DNA of 64,000 nt from Octopus sinensis (lineage: Eukaryota): NCBI RefSeq assembly GCF_006345805.1, contig NC_043001.1, forward strand, positions 93,868,001 to 93,932,000, written 5' to 3'. The position numbers and the translations under genes are program-made. Positions 26,122 to 41,744 of this stretch are shown here, one piece after another. The notes beneath the pieces are model-generated. The model was not told the origin of the DNA. It ran no database searches and worked only from the letters and a program-made list of their open reading frames with translations. The stretch's first letter is position 1; each line of letters starts with the position of its first letter.

Positions 26122-27193
26122 GTGCGTGTGTGAGTGTGTGTACATAGAGTCTGTTTGTATGTTAGAGAGAAAGAGAGAGAGAGAGGGGAGAGAGATAGAC
26201 ATAGATGCAGAGATAAATATAGACATATAATACACTCACGTACACGCACATACATATATTTAAGAAGAAATATTAGAAAAATTTATTGATGCAGTGAAAT
26301 CATTTGAGAGCAAAAGTAGATTTTCTTAAATTCAAATTATTATTTAATTTAAAAAGAAAAACAACTTTAGTAATAAAATTCGTACATATCGCTATCAAGC
26401 CATATTCATATGTAAAATATATCTGTGAAAGGAAAATATTTTTGTGAGCGTTTAATTGCAGTTTTTAGCGTTCCAAATACATATTATAAGGTTATTTAGA
26501 AATAATTATTTTTAGTACCAGATTGTCACTATTTCATGTTTCATTTCGGATTTAGAACTTTGGTAAAGAATTCGTCCTTTGCCCTTCGTGACTGATGACT
26601 CTCTTTCTTCCTTATTCGTGTCTCTCATATGCTTGGATCTGTAACTACCGTTACATATTTTGCCATATTAAATGCGATATTTCATTTAGTACTGGGCTAT
26701 TGACACGACCTAAAATCTATGTTTAAATGTGTCACTCTGCTTTTCTAGTACAGTTCGGTTGCAATGTGGCGCCAAGCAAACAAAATTTTCCTGATAGTTA
26801 CTTCGAGTGTACCAAGTCGTCACTCTAATAAAATATACAATTAGCTGAGAAACTAACTTTGTTAATCAGACAACTGGGGCCCTAAACATGTTGATAAAGA
26901 GCAGACCATCAAATAAATGGTTGATATACGTAATTCTTGTATTGTCAGTGAGCTACATCAAGCAGAATGTTAATTCAATAATAAAATACTGACTCCATTA
27001 AAGCCCAAAGAAGATATAAAATTATTTCATAAAACGATACTGGACTATACGAGGATTTCTTTAGTTTATGATGCTTTGTAAAATATTTCCTAGAAATACA
27101 CTAAAAATACACCTCTTATCAATGTTGCATTGATATCAAAAGATATCAACATTACCGTGGTGTGAATTTTGTAACCAAGCGAAGTGACACTTA

Positions 27194-27874
27194 TCTATAA
27201 TATAAAATCGTTCTGACTGTCTGTGTGTGTGTCTTCTAGGATCTCGGTCATTCTCCATCCGATTGCGTTCAAATTTGATATGTAGATACCGACGGTATCA
27301 GGGCGTGAATAAGTCTTGAACAAAATTACAAAAAGTGATTTCAGGTGAGAATACGATCGATAAAGCCGTGGGAATGTGCATTTGTACGCGCAAGTACATC
27401 AGCTGTTGCGATATACTTACTGGTACTTTAAACTCTTAGGTTGCACATTTGTGTAATTTGTCCACCCCATCGGTTTTCAATCATTCAAGCTTCTGCTACA
27501 GTTTTGAGACTAGTCTGTTGTGGTTTGTGTAAGAAAGTGTAACAGAGAAGTATGGTTGCATCTGAACAAGCGAGCGCTTTTTAAATACCCATTTGTAGTG
27601 GATAATTATGTTGTATTGTAATTTCTCGATGTGACATCCAGAGCTTCTAAATAAATATATTTAGTAGATTTTAGAGAAGTTAGACTACTTCTGTGTCTGC
27701 TGCAAAAGGGTTATGGCAACTATATATTATTGATATTTAATACAATGAATATTTTTAAACATGATACTCTGTAAATCACTGCTTTCAAGAGGAATTAACT
27801 TCTAAGCGACCAAGATAATTCTATCATGACCTCGTAAATTTACAATTAAGAGCAACTGCAATTCGCTACACTAG
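27194..27874 (+). mobile_element. Non-autonomous Helitron-like element
   Basis: Starts A|TCTATAATATAAAA...gtctgtgtgtg, like the 5' end of 31245-31639; candidate end CTAG|T at 27871-27875 with eroded hairpin, so 3' boundary uncertain. Confidence 0.55.
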
Positions 27875-28356
27875 TAATTCTAGTAATTCACCACTAATAA
27901 AAGTAAAAAAAGAATAGTGCCAAAAGCACGTATAATCTACAAAAATGTAGATTATAAATCATAGAAGCAATAAGAATAGCTAAAAGCTCAATGTTGAAGT
28001 ATATACAGAAATAACATGCATCAGTCACAAATTAAGATAAACTGCTCATCGGCGATGTATAAATGTAGGGGTGAAAACTTGAATTCACGCTGTAATATTC
28101 GTATCGGTTAGATTTAGTCTGCTAAATCCAACGAAGGAGAAACGCACAACATCACCTGCATCATGAAGATATAACAACAAAGTTTCAAAACCGATGATAA
28201 ATAGGTTTGGATATTTGAAACTGCAAACTACAAGGAACTCATGAGTGATTTTTGAAAAAAAAAACTCAATAAGTATGACCAGAAATGTTAGACTTGTTCA
28301 CAGGATTGCTTACAGCACAGCTCCAGCTATTTTACATACAGGTGTGTATATTCGTG

Positions 28357-28419
<63 letters not shown>

Positions 28420-28714
28420 GTATAAAATATGTATATAAATGTCCTTTCACCGAGCGTCAAGCTAATTTCCTTCTTGTGCACATCATCACGTTCGTTATTT
28501 TTCTGTTTTCATTTTTTATTCGTTTACTTGAATTGGCAACACAGGCACATTCACACACAAATTTACATATATGCTCGTGTATGTATGTGTATATTACTTC
28601 GCCTTAGAATAGGCTATGAACTCTTTGATGAAATTCGATCAATGCCAGCGTGACGTACGGCGTCTTCGGGTAGTATTTAGACTTGCTGGAGCGTAACTCT
28701 TCCGGTTTGATCAC

Positions 28715-28920
28715 AAACGATTTCTTCTAGAAAAACCAGAACACCTAACTGGCGGAACAGTTAGTCGACATCAGTATGGAATTCGTACATTATTTGACGA
28801 CCCTGGGAGGATGTAATGTAAATTTAATATCTGCTGAATCTGAAATCAGAGAATCGAGAGCCGAGACAACTGGCACGGAGAGCTATATCCAACGCTTAAA
28901 TGACTCTGCAATTTGGCCAT
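28715..28920 (-). mobile_element. SINE family C, highly degraded
   Basis: ttagtcgac...gaccctgggaggatg...tgaaatcagagaa follows family C motif order. Confidence 0.5.
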
Positions 28921-28992
28921 CTCATATACAGGTATAGATATATACTTAATTCAATACTGAAGGAGACCAATTCCCAAGAGCACTAGATTCAA

Positions 28993-29023
28993 CTCTCTCT
29001 CTCTCTGTCTCTCTCTCTCTCTT

Positions 29024-29113
<90 letters not shown>

Positions 29114-29115
29114 CT

Positions 29116-29190
<75 letters not shown>

Positions 29191-29195
29191 CTCTG
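28993..29195. repeat. (CT)n + (TCTA)n microsatellite
   Basis: Direct reading. Confidence 0.95.
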
Positions 29196-29714
29196 TGTGT
29201 ATATATATATGCATATATAATTGAAAAAATTGGAGTCAACAAAAAGAGGTTTGGTTGGAAATTTGCATTCTACTACGTTCTTAACAGAATATACCATAAC
29301 TATATATATTATATATATACATATATATATATATATGCATGCATGGTGGATGTGTTAGATATATGTTAGAGATAGAAGAGAGGCTGTCATATGAAGCGTT
29401 ACTCAGTATTATCAGCTCACAGTTACACTATATAAATGATGAGAGAGAGAGAGAGGCAGAATGGAAATTGACAGACAGTGAAATGGACTGGAAGAGTGGC
29501 AGAGATAGTCGAATTAGATATGGTACATTGTGATAATCTGCAAGTATTGATATAAGAATTTGGGCGAATTTTGTTGGGATATATTGTTCATTGAACAAGA
29601 TGAATGGCCGATTAAATAGTAGAGGAAAGGAACTAATATTTTATTGATACTCTTGTAAGTTGGGCAACCTTGGATTGGAGAATTTGGTAGATATCTGACG
29701 TGAATATTGTTGTA

Positions 29715-29923
29715 AAAGCTGTTTGTCACCATATTTCTGATGAAATGCATAGCTTTTGTTTCAATTAACTTTAAAATAATGAAGAATTTCATAAAATGGC
29801 ATGACCATTATTCAACTGGTTTTCCGAACATAAAATTAACACGAAATTTTCATGGCAGGCTTTAATTAAGATCATTTTAATACAAGATTCTTATAAGATA
29901 GCGATTTGGTATCAGAAGGATTA
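29715..29923. mobile_element. Possible eroded piggyBac-type MITE
   Basis: Right end ttggtatcagaaggaTTAA resembles an ...AGGG-TTAA terminus; left terminus not recoverable. Confidence 0.3.
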
Positions 29924-30063
29924 AACTAGATTATTTGTTGGTGAAAATTTTAATCAAAAGAATTTCAGATGTAGCTATAATATCTGTTTTGTCTCACAAT
30001 ATATTCATGCACGCATTAAAAAAAGAAAATCCAATATAGTTTGAAGGACATTTAACTGCTTCT

Positions 30064-30481
30064 TATTTCTTTACTGCGCACAAGGGGCTAAACACAGAAG
30101 GGACAAACAAGGACAGACAAACGGATTAAGTCAATTATATCGACCCCAGTGCTTAACTGGTACTTAAGTTATCGACCCCGAAAGGATGAAAGGCAAAGTC
30201 GACCTCGGCGAAATTTGAACTCAGAACGTAGCGGCAGACGAAATACCTATTTCTTTACTACCCTCAAGAGGCTCAACACAGAGGGGACAAACAAGGACAG
30301 ACAAACGGATTAAGTCGATTATATCGACCCCAGTGCTAAACTGGTACTTAATTTATCGACCTCGAGAGGATGAAAGGCAAAGTCGACCACGGCGGAATTT
30401 GAACTCAGAATGTAAAGACAGATGAATTACCGCTAATCAATTCATCCGGCGTGTTAACGTTTCTGCTAGCTCGCCGCCTTT
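30064..30481 (-). mobile_element. Tandem SINE family C (full + 5'-truncated unit) with 20-bp TSD
   Basis: TSD aaggacatttaactgcttct at 30044-30063 and 30482-30501. Confidence 0.92.
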
Positions 30482-31244
30482 AAGGACATTTAACTGCTTC
30501 TACTAACAGATCAGATCAAGTACTAACGTTGTTGTTCCGACTTTGGTTCGTGGATATACTGTTGATATAGGTAAACCTTGGTGGAGAGTTTTTTTTTTCT
30601 GTTTGGTAGCTGTCTTAGATATTTTTATGGTGGAAGACTTTACTTCGAAATAGATTTCATAAAGACTTTATTCCTTCATACTAAGTATGGCTGACAGTCA
30701 TGAGTTGGAAAAGAATCCTCTGGGGAAACGAAGTTAGTCGAGTGTGTAAGAATGTAGGAATGTGATGTTTTAGTTAGTTTCATGAGGTTATAGAAATGGG
30801 TTTCTTCAACACGATATGCTAAAATTCGCAGTGGTAGAGAAGCGTTGCAGAAATGATCGACATAATATCAGGAGAAATGGTAGATATGATACACATACAA
30901 TGAAATGATTTACTGCGACAGCAGTACTGCCTGCAGCAGCAGTAGCAGCAACAGCAGCAGTAGCCGCCAAATAACATAGAAACAATATATAAAAACTAAA
31001 TAGCAGTAGTAGTAGCTATAAGGCGATAAATGTGGTAGAAGATGTTTGGTAGATAGACGCGCTACAAAAGGTACTGTAGGCTTCGATATGTTACTAACAA
31101 CGTGGTAAGAGGTAAGCTTGCAGGGTGTGATAATTATTAACGTAATGAACAGTAATAGATTCTGTGTGGGTGAGTGGATACGATATGAAATATATATAGA
31201 GAGATATTGTTATAACTAATACATACACACGCATATATATTATA

Positions 31245-31639
31245 CTAGCAGTATCGCCCGGTGTTGCTCGGGTTTGTTTCGACCCTTTAGAATTAGAATT
31301 TTTGCAAAGTAAAAATTTTGCATTATGTAGCTTGTTATTCTCTTTAAGTGAACATTTTTCTGGTTGAAATACACCGAAAAATGGTGACACAGCAGTCAAA
31401 AATATCGTAAAAAATAGGGATTTTCATAGAAAAAAAAGCCCTTTTTGAAGTAAATAATTTTTGGTGTTAACATGGTCCGATTTGAATATTTTCTTCTACT
31501 GAAAGAAGAGCATACTTTTTTCTATCATAATCTCAAATTTGGTCAACTTGCGCCGCAGGGTCTCGGAGGAGATAGTGCTAGTTGAAGGCTACCAAACCTG
31601 CCATACACAGACAACTTCAACTTTATATATATAGAGAGA
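31245..31639 (-). mobile_element. Non-autonomous Helitron-like element
   Basis: Minus strand A|TCTCTCTATATATATAAAG start; subterminal hairpin cccg(31257-60)/cggg(31269-72) just before terminal CTAG|T; no TSD. Confidence 0.8.
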
Positions 31640-32443
31640 TTAAAATAGCCTTATGTTTAAATCATTATGTATGAGTGAGTGAGTGAGTGTGTGGGAACAG
31701 TGTTTATATTTACGTGTGTGTACGTGCGTGTGTGTTTGTGTGTGTGTATAACGAGTAAAACTAGTGAAGTAGTTTGCCATATTGGCTGAGGGAAAATGCT
31801 CTGACAACTAAATGATAGGTAGTCGTTTGTGAGATACGTTGTAAAAGTGGTGATACGCTGCATATATGAAAGAGAGACAACGACAGAGCTGCATTAAGTG
31901 CAGCAGTGAGGAAAGGATACGCTCGAAAAATTTAGACATGCAATAGAAGCTATCTGCTTGATGTGGTGTAAATGTAGCTGTGATTGATAGGGTGATAAAA
32001 GGTAGAGAGAGATGGAGAGAAAGAGGGAGAGATACACGAGAGACAGAAAGAGGGAGAGAGAGAGAGTGGGGGGGGAAGTTATCGTTGAGATAATTGACAG
32101 CAGTGTGTGTGATATAGAAATTAGAGAATGAATAGAACATTTGCTGTTAGAAATATGGTATAAAGCATAGGAAGGTATGATGATATAGATATATATGTTT
32201 ATAGAAGTGTTATGATGTGGCATAGAACTGAGAGACAGAGGGAGGGTGTGGGTTCAGATAAAGAAATTATGGGAAAGAGTAAGAGAGAAAATGACAGAAA
32301 GGGTGAGAGATGAGAGAGAAAAATGTATCAATGAGATAGAGAACAATTGAGTTTCATATACAGTAGACAAAAAACAAAAAGAGCATTAATAGAAATTACT
32401 ATGGAGTGTATTTGTTATATATGTATTTACATGTGTATATACA

Positions 32444-32650
<207 letters not shown>

Positions 32651-32833
32651 AATGCATACACACAAGTTTAATTGAGAGATACGTTAGTATATGTATATAG
32701 GATAAATGCTCTTATGGTACCACATGAATTTGAATGACACAGGGATCGAACGCGGTTGTAGATGGAAATAATTTAGAGTCGAAATATATATTTTAGGGAT
32801 AGCATACTAAAGAAAGACTAGATAAAAGCGAAA

Positions 32834-32908
<75 letters not shown>

Positions 32909-32999
32909 GAAAAATAGGGGCGGGAGGAGCAACATATTAGGGGTATGAATTGTTGCGGTAAGAGATTTTCAAGAGCGGGGTGTTATGAAGTCTCTGGAA

Positions 33000-33185
33000 G
33001 AAGGGTTGCAGAGAGGAGTACAATCGATAGAAGCCACCCCTGTGTTATTTTGTTGTTATTTTATCGAAGGAGGTTAAGTCGGAAGCTTATCTGTACGTGG
33101 TCTAACCTCAGAACGTAAATGCACGTTGTTATAATGCCAAACGGCATTTAATCTCGCACGCTAGTCTGTCTGCTACGGTACCATC
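33000..33185 (-). mobile_element. SINE family C, highly degraded
   Basis: ttattttatcga...aagtcg...cctcagaacgtaaa motifs in family C order. Confidence 0.45.
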
Positions 33186-33525
33186 ATCAAGGAAGATTTA
33201 ATGATGATAGTGTATGAAGACTTTTGGATGTATGATACGTTGAGATAGAAATGTGACAGGTGGTGGTTAGGTATAAAATGTGTTGGAAAACTACTAACAA
33301 GTGAGAAATATGAGTTTGGAGTGATTCATTTTATCTCTCATTCCTGGTTCCGTGACGCATACATATAGACATGCACTCGCACAAACGCATGCACGCACAA
33401 GCACACACGCATACACATATATACATAATACATACATACATATACGTATATATATATAAACATATATGCATATAGACACATGCAAACATATGTAGGTATA
33501 TCTATCTACCTATCTTCCTGTCTAT

Positions 33526-33612
<87 letters not shown>

Positions 33613-34504
33613 TATATATATATGTATGTATGTATGTATAAATAATATTTATATATATGTGAATAAGTGTATATATATATACATACATATATATATGTGA
33701 ATAAGTGTATATATACATACATACTTATATATATATATATATAAAACATAAATTGACGCATACATACCTACATATATACCAACAAGCATAAATAAATATA
33801 TATATATATATAAATATAGATGAATGTCTATACACGTATGCACATATGCATACACGTATGCACCTTACAGACACACATATATATGAGTAGACAGTATTCA
33901 CATCGTGTGCTTCATCGTATATGAGTTTTAGTTTCGTTCTTTGCCGATTAGTGCGTCTCTTCTTGTCTGTATATATTATTACCTAGTTTATCCTAAACAA
34001 TAAAGTGATTAAAAAAAATATCAAACGCTTGATTATTTGTTATCATAGGTTTTAAATCAACAGGACACTTATGCAGATAATGTGATTTCGTTTTGGGCGT
34101 TGTATCTTGGATTATTTTAAAGAGCATTTCTAAAATAACAGAGGCTGGTGCACCTGTGTTTCGAAACTGAATACGCGATTTGTTTAGCCAATAGTGACCA
34201 CCTACGCAATGCCATCCTGATGTCAAACGTTGGAGTTAGTCATCTTCATATGTGGCTGATTGAATTAATCATATGAGGGTAATTTCAAATTGAGTTATAG
34301 ACCACCAAAAGGTTTACTGAGGCTAAAACTATGTATTTATACTGTACAAATCTGTTTGTATGTATGTGTGCCTGCCTGTGCAAGTGTGTCCATGCTGTGC
34401 GCGCGCGCATTTAAAATTGATTACGCACGTGCTGAAGGAACATACACACATTCATATCTATCTATCACTCTATCTCCCTCTCTCTCCCTCTCTCTCTCTA
34501 ACTA

Positions 34505-34582
<78 letters not shown>

Positions 34583-34677
34583 AATATAGGGAGAGAGAGA
34601 GGGTGAGAGAGAGAGAGAGATTTATAGATAAATAGATATATAGATGAGGACAAAGTATCCAAGCTGATATAATATAT

Positions 34678-34711
<34 letters not shown>

Positions 34712-35354
34712 ATATATGTTTATGAGTCGTCATTCGTTATAAAACGTAACTAGCAAAATATAACTTGTTTCCCCTAAATGTTTTAGGCTCCTGTACAGTT
34801 GCAGGCTGACACTGATAAACTCCCGGCTCATCAGTACTTGACTCAACACAACACCGAATATGAAGCACCAACAAGCGGATGGAGCGCAGTTTTGCAGCAG
34901 AGAGTAACGTGAAATATAGTGCAGGAATCGAACTCAGAACCATATGGACGTAGATCCAACACCCAAGGCCATTTCAGCGATTACCTGTTCTGCGGAAAAT
35001 GTTCGCAGGAAACCAACTGCTTTTAGTTTTAGAGTCCCTATTTGACTAGAAATTATGTGTATATATTTGTGTGTGCATGTGTGTGTATATCCGTCCACAC
35101 GTACACACGCATCCAATTTATCCATACCTGTATACGGGATTGTCTTGTTGGTATCTGTGTGTATAATATGTGCATCTATGCACAGCCAAAACGAAATACT
35201 TCTTACTAGACGTATACTTTTTAGAATGTGAAATAAACCCAGTTCTATACAAGCCAAACCTGTATGCGTAAATGCATAAGTTTTTTGCGGTGCTGTTTGA
35301 ACAGGTAAAAATGTAGGACTGACGAATTTCATACAAGCTTATATATTTGTATAT

Positions 35355-35614
35355 TTTTTTTCTATTGTTTTTAAGTGTTTCAGTCTTTTGACTGCGGCCA
35401 TGTAGGAGCACAGCTTTTAGTCGAGCAAATCGACCCCAGGACTTATTCATTGTAAGCCTGGTACTTATTCTATCCTGCTCTTTTTGTCGAACTCTAAGTT
35501 ACGGGGATGTAAACACACCACCATCAATTATCAAGCAATGTTGGTGGGAGTGGGGGTGGCAAACACAGACACACAAACTCATACACACAGACATATACAC
35601 ACACATATATATAC

Positions 35615-35667
<53 letters not shown>

Positions 35668-35827
35668 CGACGGGCTTCTTTCAGTTTCTGTCTACCAAAT
35701 CCATTCACAAGGTTTTAGTCGGCTCAAGCCTATAGTGGAAGACACTTGCTCAAAGTGCCACGTAGTAGGACTGAACTCGGAACCATGTGGTTGGAAAGGA
35801 AGCTACTTAGAACACAGCCAGTCCTGC
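35355..35827 (-). mobile_element. SINE family B, full length
   Basis: Reverse-complement match to 5587-5995. Confidence 0.9.
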
Positions 35828-37069
35828 ACATATATATGAGTATATATATATATGTGTATATATATATATACAAACGTATATATAGATATAAATGTGTCTC
35901 TGTACGTGTGTGTGTATGCGGTGGGGAAGCGATAGCCTTGTGGTACATACATTGAGAGAATGACAGAATCACGTAAGACGCGCTCATATATTCACCTCAC
36001 ATGTATATATATATATATATATATACATGTCTGTGTGTGTTGTGTGTGTATACGTTTCGAATACTGTAGCTGTTCCTTATCCTGAACTATTCCTGATCAA
36101 GTAGGGATTTGATCGACTACGTTCCACTCGTGACCATCCCATCGTTATGTATATCGAATAACACATTTTCTAGTGTCTCCCTTTTCAGAGTCTTGAAGAT
36201 TAATTCTGTGGCTCATTCTGAGATATCTAGGGACCGTAGTGCCCACCAACTACACTTTGTTTTTGTCTGTGTTTAATATTTGCGTGTCTATGTATATATA
36301 GACATACACACATATGTATATGCGCGTGTGTATATGAGTGTGTATGTTTGCATGTATTTGTGTTGTACAAATTCAAAAGCGTTTTGAGGAAAAATTTTCA
36401 CTTTTGAGGAAAAATTCTTAAATCATACAAGTTACATATGTATGCATGTATGTACGTGTGTATATATGTATGTATGTGTGTGTGGGTATATATATATATT
36501 ATATATATATAATATATATATATATATCTGTACGTGTATATATGCGTATATGCGCGCACACGTAATTTATTCAAAGTGTTGGTAAGTCGCTAACAGGTAT
36601 CTCTCAATTCATGTTGTCAGACTCATGTATGTATGTATGTATGTATGTATGTATGTATATATGCATGCGTGTGCGCGTGCGTGTGTATGTGTGTATATGT
36701 ATATATGCATATGTGTATGTCGTATATATGGCAAGTCAAAGCCCAAGAAATATTTGTCAAAACTCGACGTAGCATAAATTGAATAGAATGAAGGAATGAA
36801 GGAACGAACAAGCGAAGGATTGCAGGAATTTATCATATACTCATTTGTATACGATAGTTCAGGAATGCATGCGGGCAAGTAATATGTATTCTTAGAGAAA
36901 TGAACAGTTAGACACACACATACACATATGTACATATATACAAACATGTCGCACACACAACATTACTGCATTACCACTTGTAGATATAAACCTTATGAAA
37001 TGTAACTGAAGAGCGATTTGGTTAAAAGAATAATAATAATAATAATTATAATAATATTTATAATAATAA

Positions 37070-37662
37070 TCTTATCTAGTAATGGCACAAGGACTAAAAT
37101 TTGGGAGCAGGAATAGTCGATCACATCGGTCCCAGTACTTCACTGGTACTTAATTTACCGACCTCGAGGGGGATAAAAAGCAGAGTCGACCACGGTGGAA
37201 TTTGAACTCAGAACGTAGCGGCAGACGAAATGCTGCTGAGCGTTACGTCAGACATACTACCTATTCTGCCAGAGCGCCGCTGAATTAACAACAACAACAA
37301 TAATAATTATGATCTTTTCTACTATAGGTACAAGGACTGATATTTTTTTGGGGGGGGTCTGGTGGATTACATCGACCCAAGTACTCAACTGGTACTTAAT
37401 TTATCGACCCCCGAACGAATGAAAGGTAAAATCGACCTCGGCGGAATTTGAACTCAGAACGTAGCGACGAATAAAATACACCTAAGCATTTCGTCCAGCG
37501 TGCTAACGATCCTGCCAGCTCGCCGCTGAATTAATAATAATAATTTCATTTATTTGCCACCAGGGCGAAGGATGGAAAGCGTAAGGGTTTACATATAATG
37601 AAAGGATAAAAAAAAAAGATAAAGGATTCTGCCAGCTCATCGCCTTAATAATAATAATAATG

Positions 37663-37719
<57 letters not shown>

Positions 37720-38060
37720 TTTGGGCACAAGGCCAGAGATTTTGAGGTGAGTGGAGTAAGTCAGTTACATTAACCTCTGAACTCGGTTGGCACTTGATCT
37801 AATTGTCCCCAAATCGATGAAAGACCATGATAGTAATAGTTTCTGAATTATGCGAAAAGGACCAATAAATATTTTGATTTGAAATGTTGCCACAGAGTCT
37901 AGTACATGACTGGTATCTTTTCTTTTTTTTTTTGTTACCGATTTTCGGGCGAATACCTGCGAGAGCTGATTTCGGTGCGATTTGAACTCAGAATATAAAC
38001 AGGAAGCGAACGACAAATGCTGCACAGTATTTCTATCCGAAACTCTAACGACTCTGCCGA
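37070..38060 (-). mobile_element. Cluster of SINE family C copies separated by (TAA)n
   Basis: Copies ~37070-37282 and ~37315-37527 share the flank gctgaattaa (probable tandem duplication); head fragment 37620-37647; interrupted copy ~37720-38060. Confidence 0.85.
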
Positions 38061-38095
38061 TCCAATATCTTGTATACACAAACACATTTATGCAT

Positions 38096-38096
<1 letters not shown>

Positions 38097-38178
<82 letters not shown>

Positions 38179-38197
38179 GACAGACAGACAGACAGAC

Positions 38198-38253
<56 letters not shown>

Positions 38254-38326
38254 TAGATAGTTGATAGATAGATACATAAATAGACAGACAGACAGACGGA
38301 CGGCCGGACAGACCGGACAGACAGAC

Positions 38327-38396
<70 letters not shown>

Positions 38397-38490
38397 GGAT
38401 AGATAGATGGAGAGATAGATGGATAGATAGATAGGTAGATAGTTAGATAGATAACGAGATACAAACAGACACACACATACACACACACAA
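38097..38490. repeat. Compound (CA)n-(CAGA)n-(GATA)n microsatellite
   Basis: Direct reading. Confidence 0.95.
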
Positions 38491-38592
38491 GGAGGGAAGA
38501 ATCAAATACTCAATATGCTACTTGTTCTTCTCTCTAATAAGATATAGCTTCCGACATATTTTTTTCCCATTCGTAATACTGTTCCCTTATAA

Positions 38593-38825
38593 TGTTGTTT
38601 AGCCTCAGGTCAGCCCTCACCGCGTTGACCTATCAATCAGCAAAGACGATACAATTGCTGCCACCCACGTCATGTCTTCATGCATACCGTATAAAACACC
38701 GCATTTTTCCATTACCACTTCTATTCATTTATTTATTTATTCGTGTTTGTTTTATTTATTTCCCGAAGGAGTCAGATTGTGATCTGCAGTATTCACGCGC
38801 TGCCATTTCTAGCCGAGCCACCAAT
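38593..38825 (-). mobile_element. Repeat family D
   Basis: tgttgtttagcctcaggtcagccct...gacctat...gctgccatttctagc; similar at 46480-46640, 50345-50500, 50695-50850, 36085-36250. Confidence 0.6.
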
Positions 38826-39072
38826 CACAGAAGAAAAGAAGAAAATGTTACTGCTCAGGTTTAAAGCGAAAAATCGCAACAAATAAATATTAGCGTTTAT
38901 ATTCTGAAATTCTGTTTGATGACGAAAACTAGGCAAGTAGATAGTTCTATCCACAGATAAATATATTCATTATATCTCATACTCTTCATACATACATGCA
39001 TATAGACAGCATAATATATATATATATTAATATATATATATATATTATATATATATATATATATATACTAAT

Positions 39073-39154
<82 letters not shown>

Positions 39155-39230
39155 CTGTGTCTGTGTTATATATATGTATGTATATAACATATACATATAT
39201 ATACACACATATACATATAATACATATCCG

Positions 39231-39294
<64 letters not shown>

Positions 39295-39620
39295 ACATAC
39301 ATATATAACATATATATATGCACATACATGTGGATGTATGTATATATATATATATATATACATATATATATGCACATACATGTGGATGTATGTATACATA
39401 TATATATATATATATATATAATATATATATATTATATTATATAATATACATACATGTATATATATATATATATTATATATATATATACATACATGTATAT
39501 ATATATATACATGTATATATACACATGTATATATATATTATATACATGTGTGTGTGTTGGTGTTGTGCATATATAGAGCATATATATATTTTTTATATTA
39601 TATAATATATATGTATATAA

Positions 39621-39715
<95 letters not shown>

Positions 39716-40072
39716 TATATACATATATATTATATACATACATATATATATATATAGTAAGGTTAGAGGCAGTGGCTTGCATACACCTGCAGTCTAGTAA
39801 TCTTCGCAATCCTGAAAACTCGGCTAGTGGTTAACGGTAATGCAAGTACTGCCTGACTGCAAGCTGGCACATGTAGACTTCACTTTTCATGTCGATCTTG
39901 TGACAAGTTTTATAAATGAGAAAGAGAAGTCCTTCAAATTTTGCAAAAAAAAACAACGTTTAGATGTTTGCTTCTTTCGTAATATCTCACTCTAACACGT
40001 CTCCCACTCCCCTTAAATATTTCTCACCTTCCAAGTAATTCTGTCTGTTTGCTTCACTCTCTTTCTCTCGCA

Positions 40073-40103
<31 letters not shown>

Positions 40104-40327
40104 GCTGTCTCTATTTCTCCCTCTGTTCCTAAATGTTTATCTGTGTTTGTGAGAGCGTGCAACGGTGTGCATTTGTGTATGTATGTATGTGTATATATAT
40201 TAATATATATGATATCCACTCTTTTCCGTCGAAGGCTTTACTGCCCCAATATCAGATTATTTTCTTTAACCAATACACGGCGAAAGCTTTTAAGCTTCAA
40301 ACTTATAATTATATCATACATACATAC

Positions 40328-40427
<100 letters not shown>

Positions 40428-40469
40428 ATATATGTGTGTGTTATGTATGTATATATGAATCCATATATA

Positions 40470-40686
40470 TTCTTTTATTCTTTTATTTATTTCAGTCATT
40501 TGATGCGGCCATGCTGCTGCACCGCCTTTAATGGAACAAATCGAACCCAGGTCTTATTATTTGTAAGCCTTAGTACTTATTCTATCGGTCTCTTTTGCCG
40601 AATCGCTAAGTTACTGTTCATCAACATCGCTTGTCAGGCGATGGGTGGGTGGGGGGCAAAACAGACACAGAAACATATATATATAT

Positions 40687-40739
<53 letters not shown>

Positions 40740-40907
40740 ATTTATACGATGGCCTTCTTTCAGTTTCGTCTGTCAAATCCTCTCACAAGGCTTTGGTCGG
40801 TCCGAGGCTATAGTAGAAGACCCTTGCCCTAGGTGCCACGCAGTAGGACTGAACCCGGAATCATGTGCTTGGCAAGCAAGCTACTTACCACACAGTCACT
40901 CCTTCGC
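40470..40907 (-). mobile_element. SINE family B, full length
   Basis: Reverse-complement match to 5587-5995. Confidence 0.9.
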
Positions 40908-41712
40908 TAAATGTATGTATGTATGTCTGTATGTCTATATGTATATATATATACATACACACACACACACATACACACACACACACACACTAAGTATCGC
41001 TCGACGCACGCCAGCGCCTCATTCACGCATACTGTTGTATCTGCACACTCACAATTATGCATACATCTGTCGATGTAAAACATGCATATCTGGTTATCTA
41101 TACATCTATAGCTATCTGTGTATATTTTCTCCTGCAGATATCTTTTTGATGTATATACGTGCATACATACTTCCAGAAATATATAAGTACATGCATACAT
41201 ACATATACATACATACATACATACATGCATACATACATAGATACATATATACATGCATATATATATTTATATGTATTTATATGTATTTATATGTATATAT
41301 GTGTATATATATAATTATACATCTCTCTTTCTCCCTGTATAACTGTTTGCTTATCACTTCGATTCCTATCTACTTATTAACCAAGATCCCTGTTAAATAA
41401 TGCATTGATCAGTCAATCAATTAACGCAACCACCCTTATTCTATATACATAGATAATAAGGTTGGTTTCTCTCTCTCTCTCTCTATCTCCCTCTGCCTTC
41501 CCCCTATCCCACTGTTTATCTGTCTTTCAGTTCTTCTGCCTGTCTCTCTCCTTTTCTGTCTCTCTCTCTCCCTCTATTTCTCTCTTTCTATATATCTAGC
41601 TGTGAATCGATCGATCGATCTTTCTGTCTATCAGTCTATCGAGCCACTCATCTATCTATATGGGTGCATTTAACAGTCTGTTCCACTGCCTGTCTCACTG
41701 GTTCTCTATTAG

Positions 41713-41744
<32 letters not shown>

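Noticed and set aside
40645-41400. Longest ORF (251 aa)
   Set aside because: Runs through a SINE and TA/CA repeats; YI/HT runs are repeat artefacts, as for most ORFs in the track
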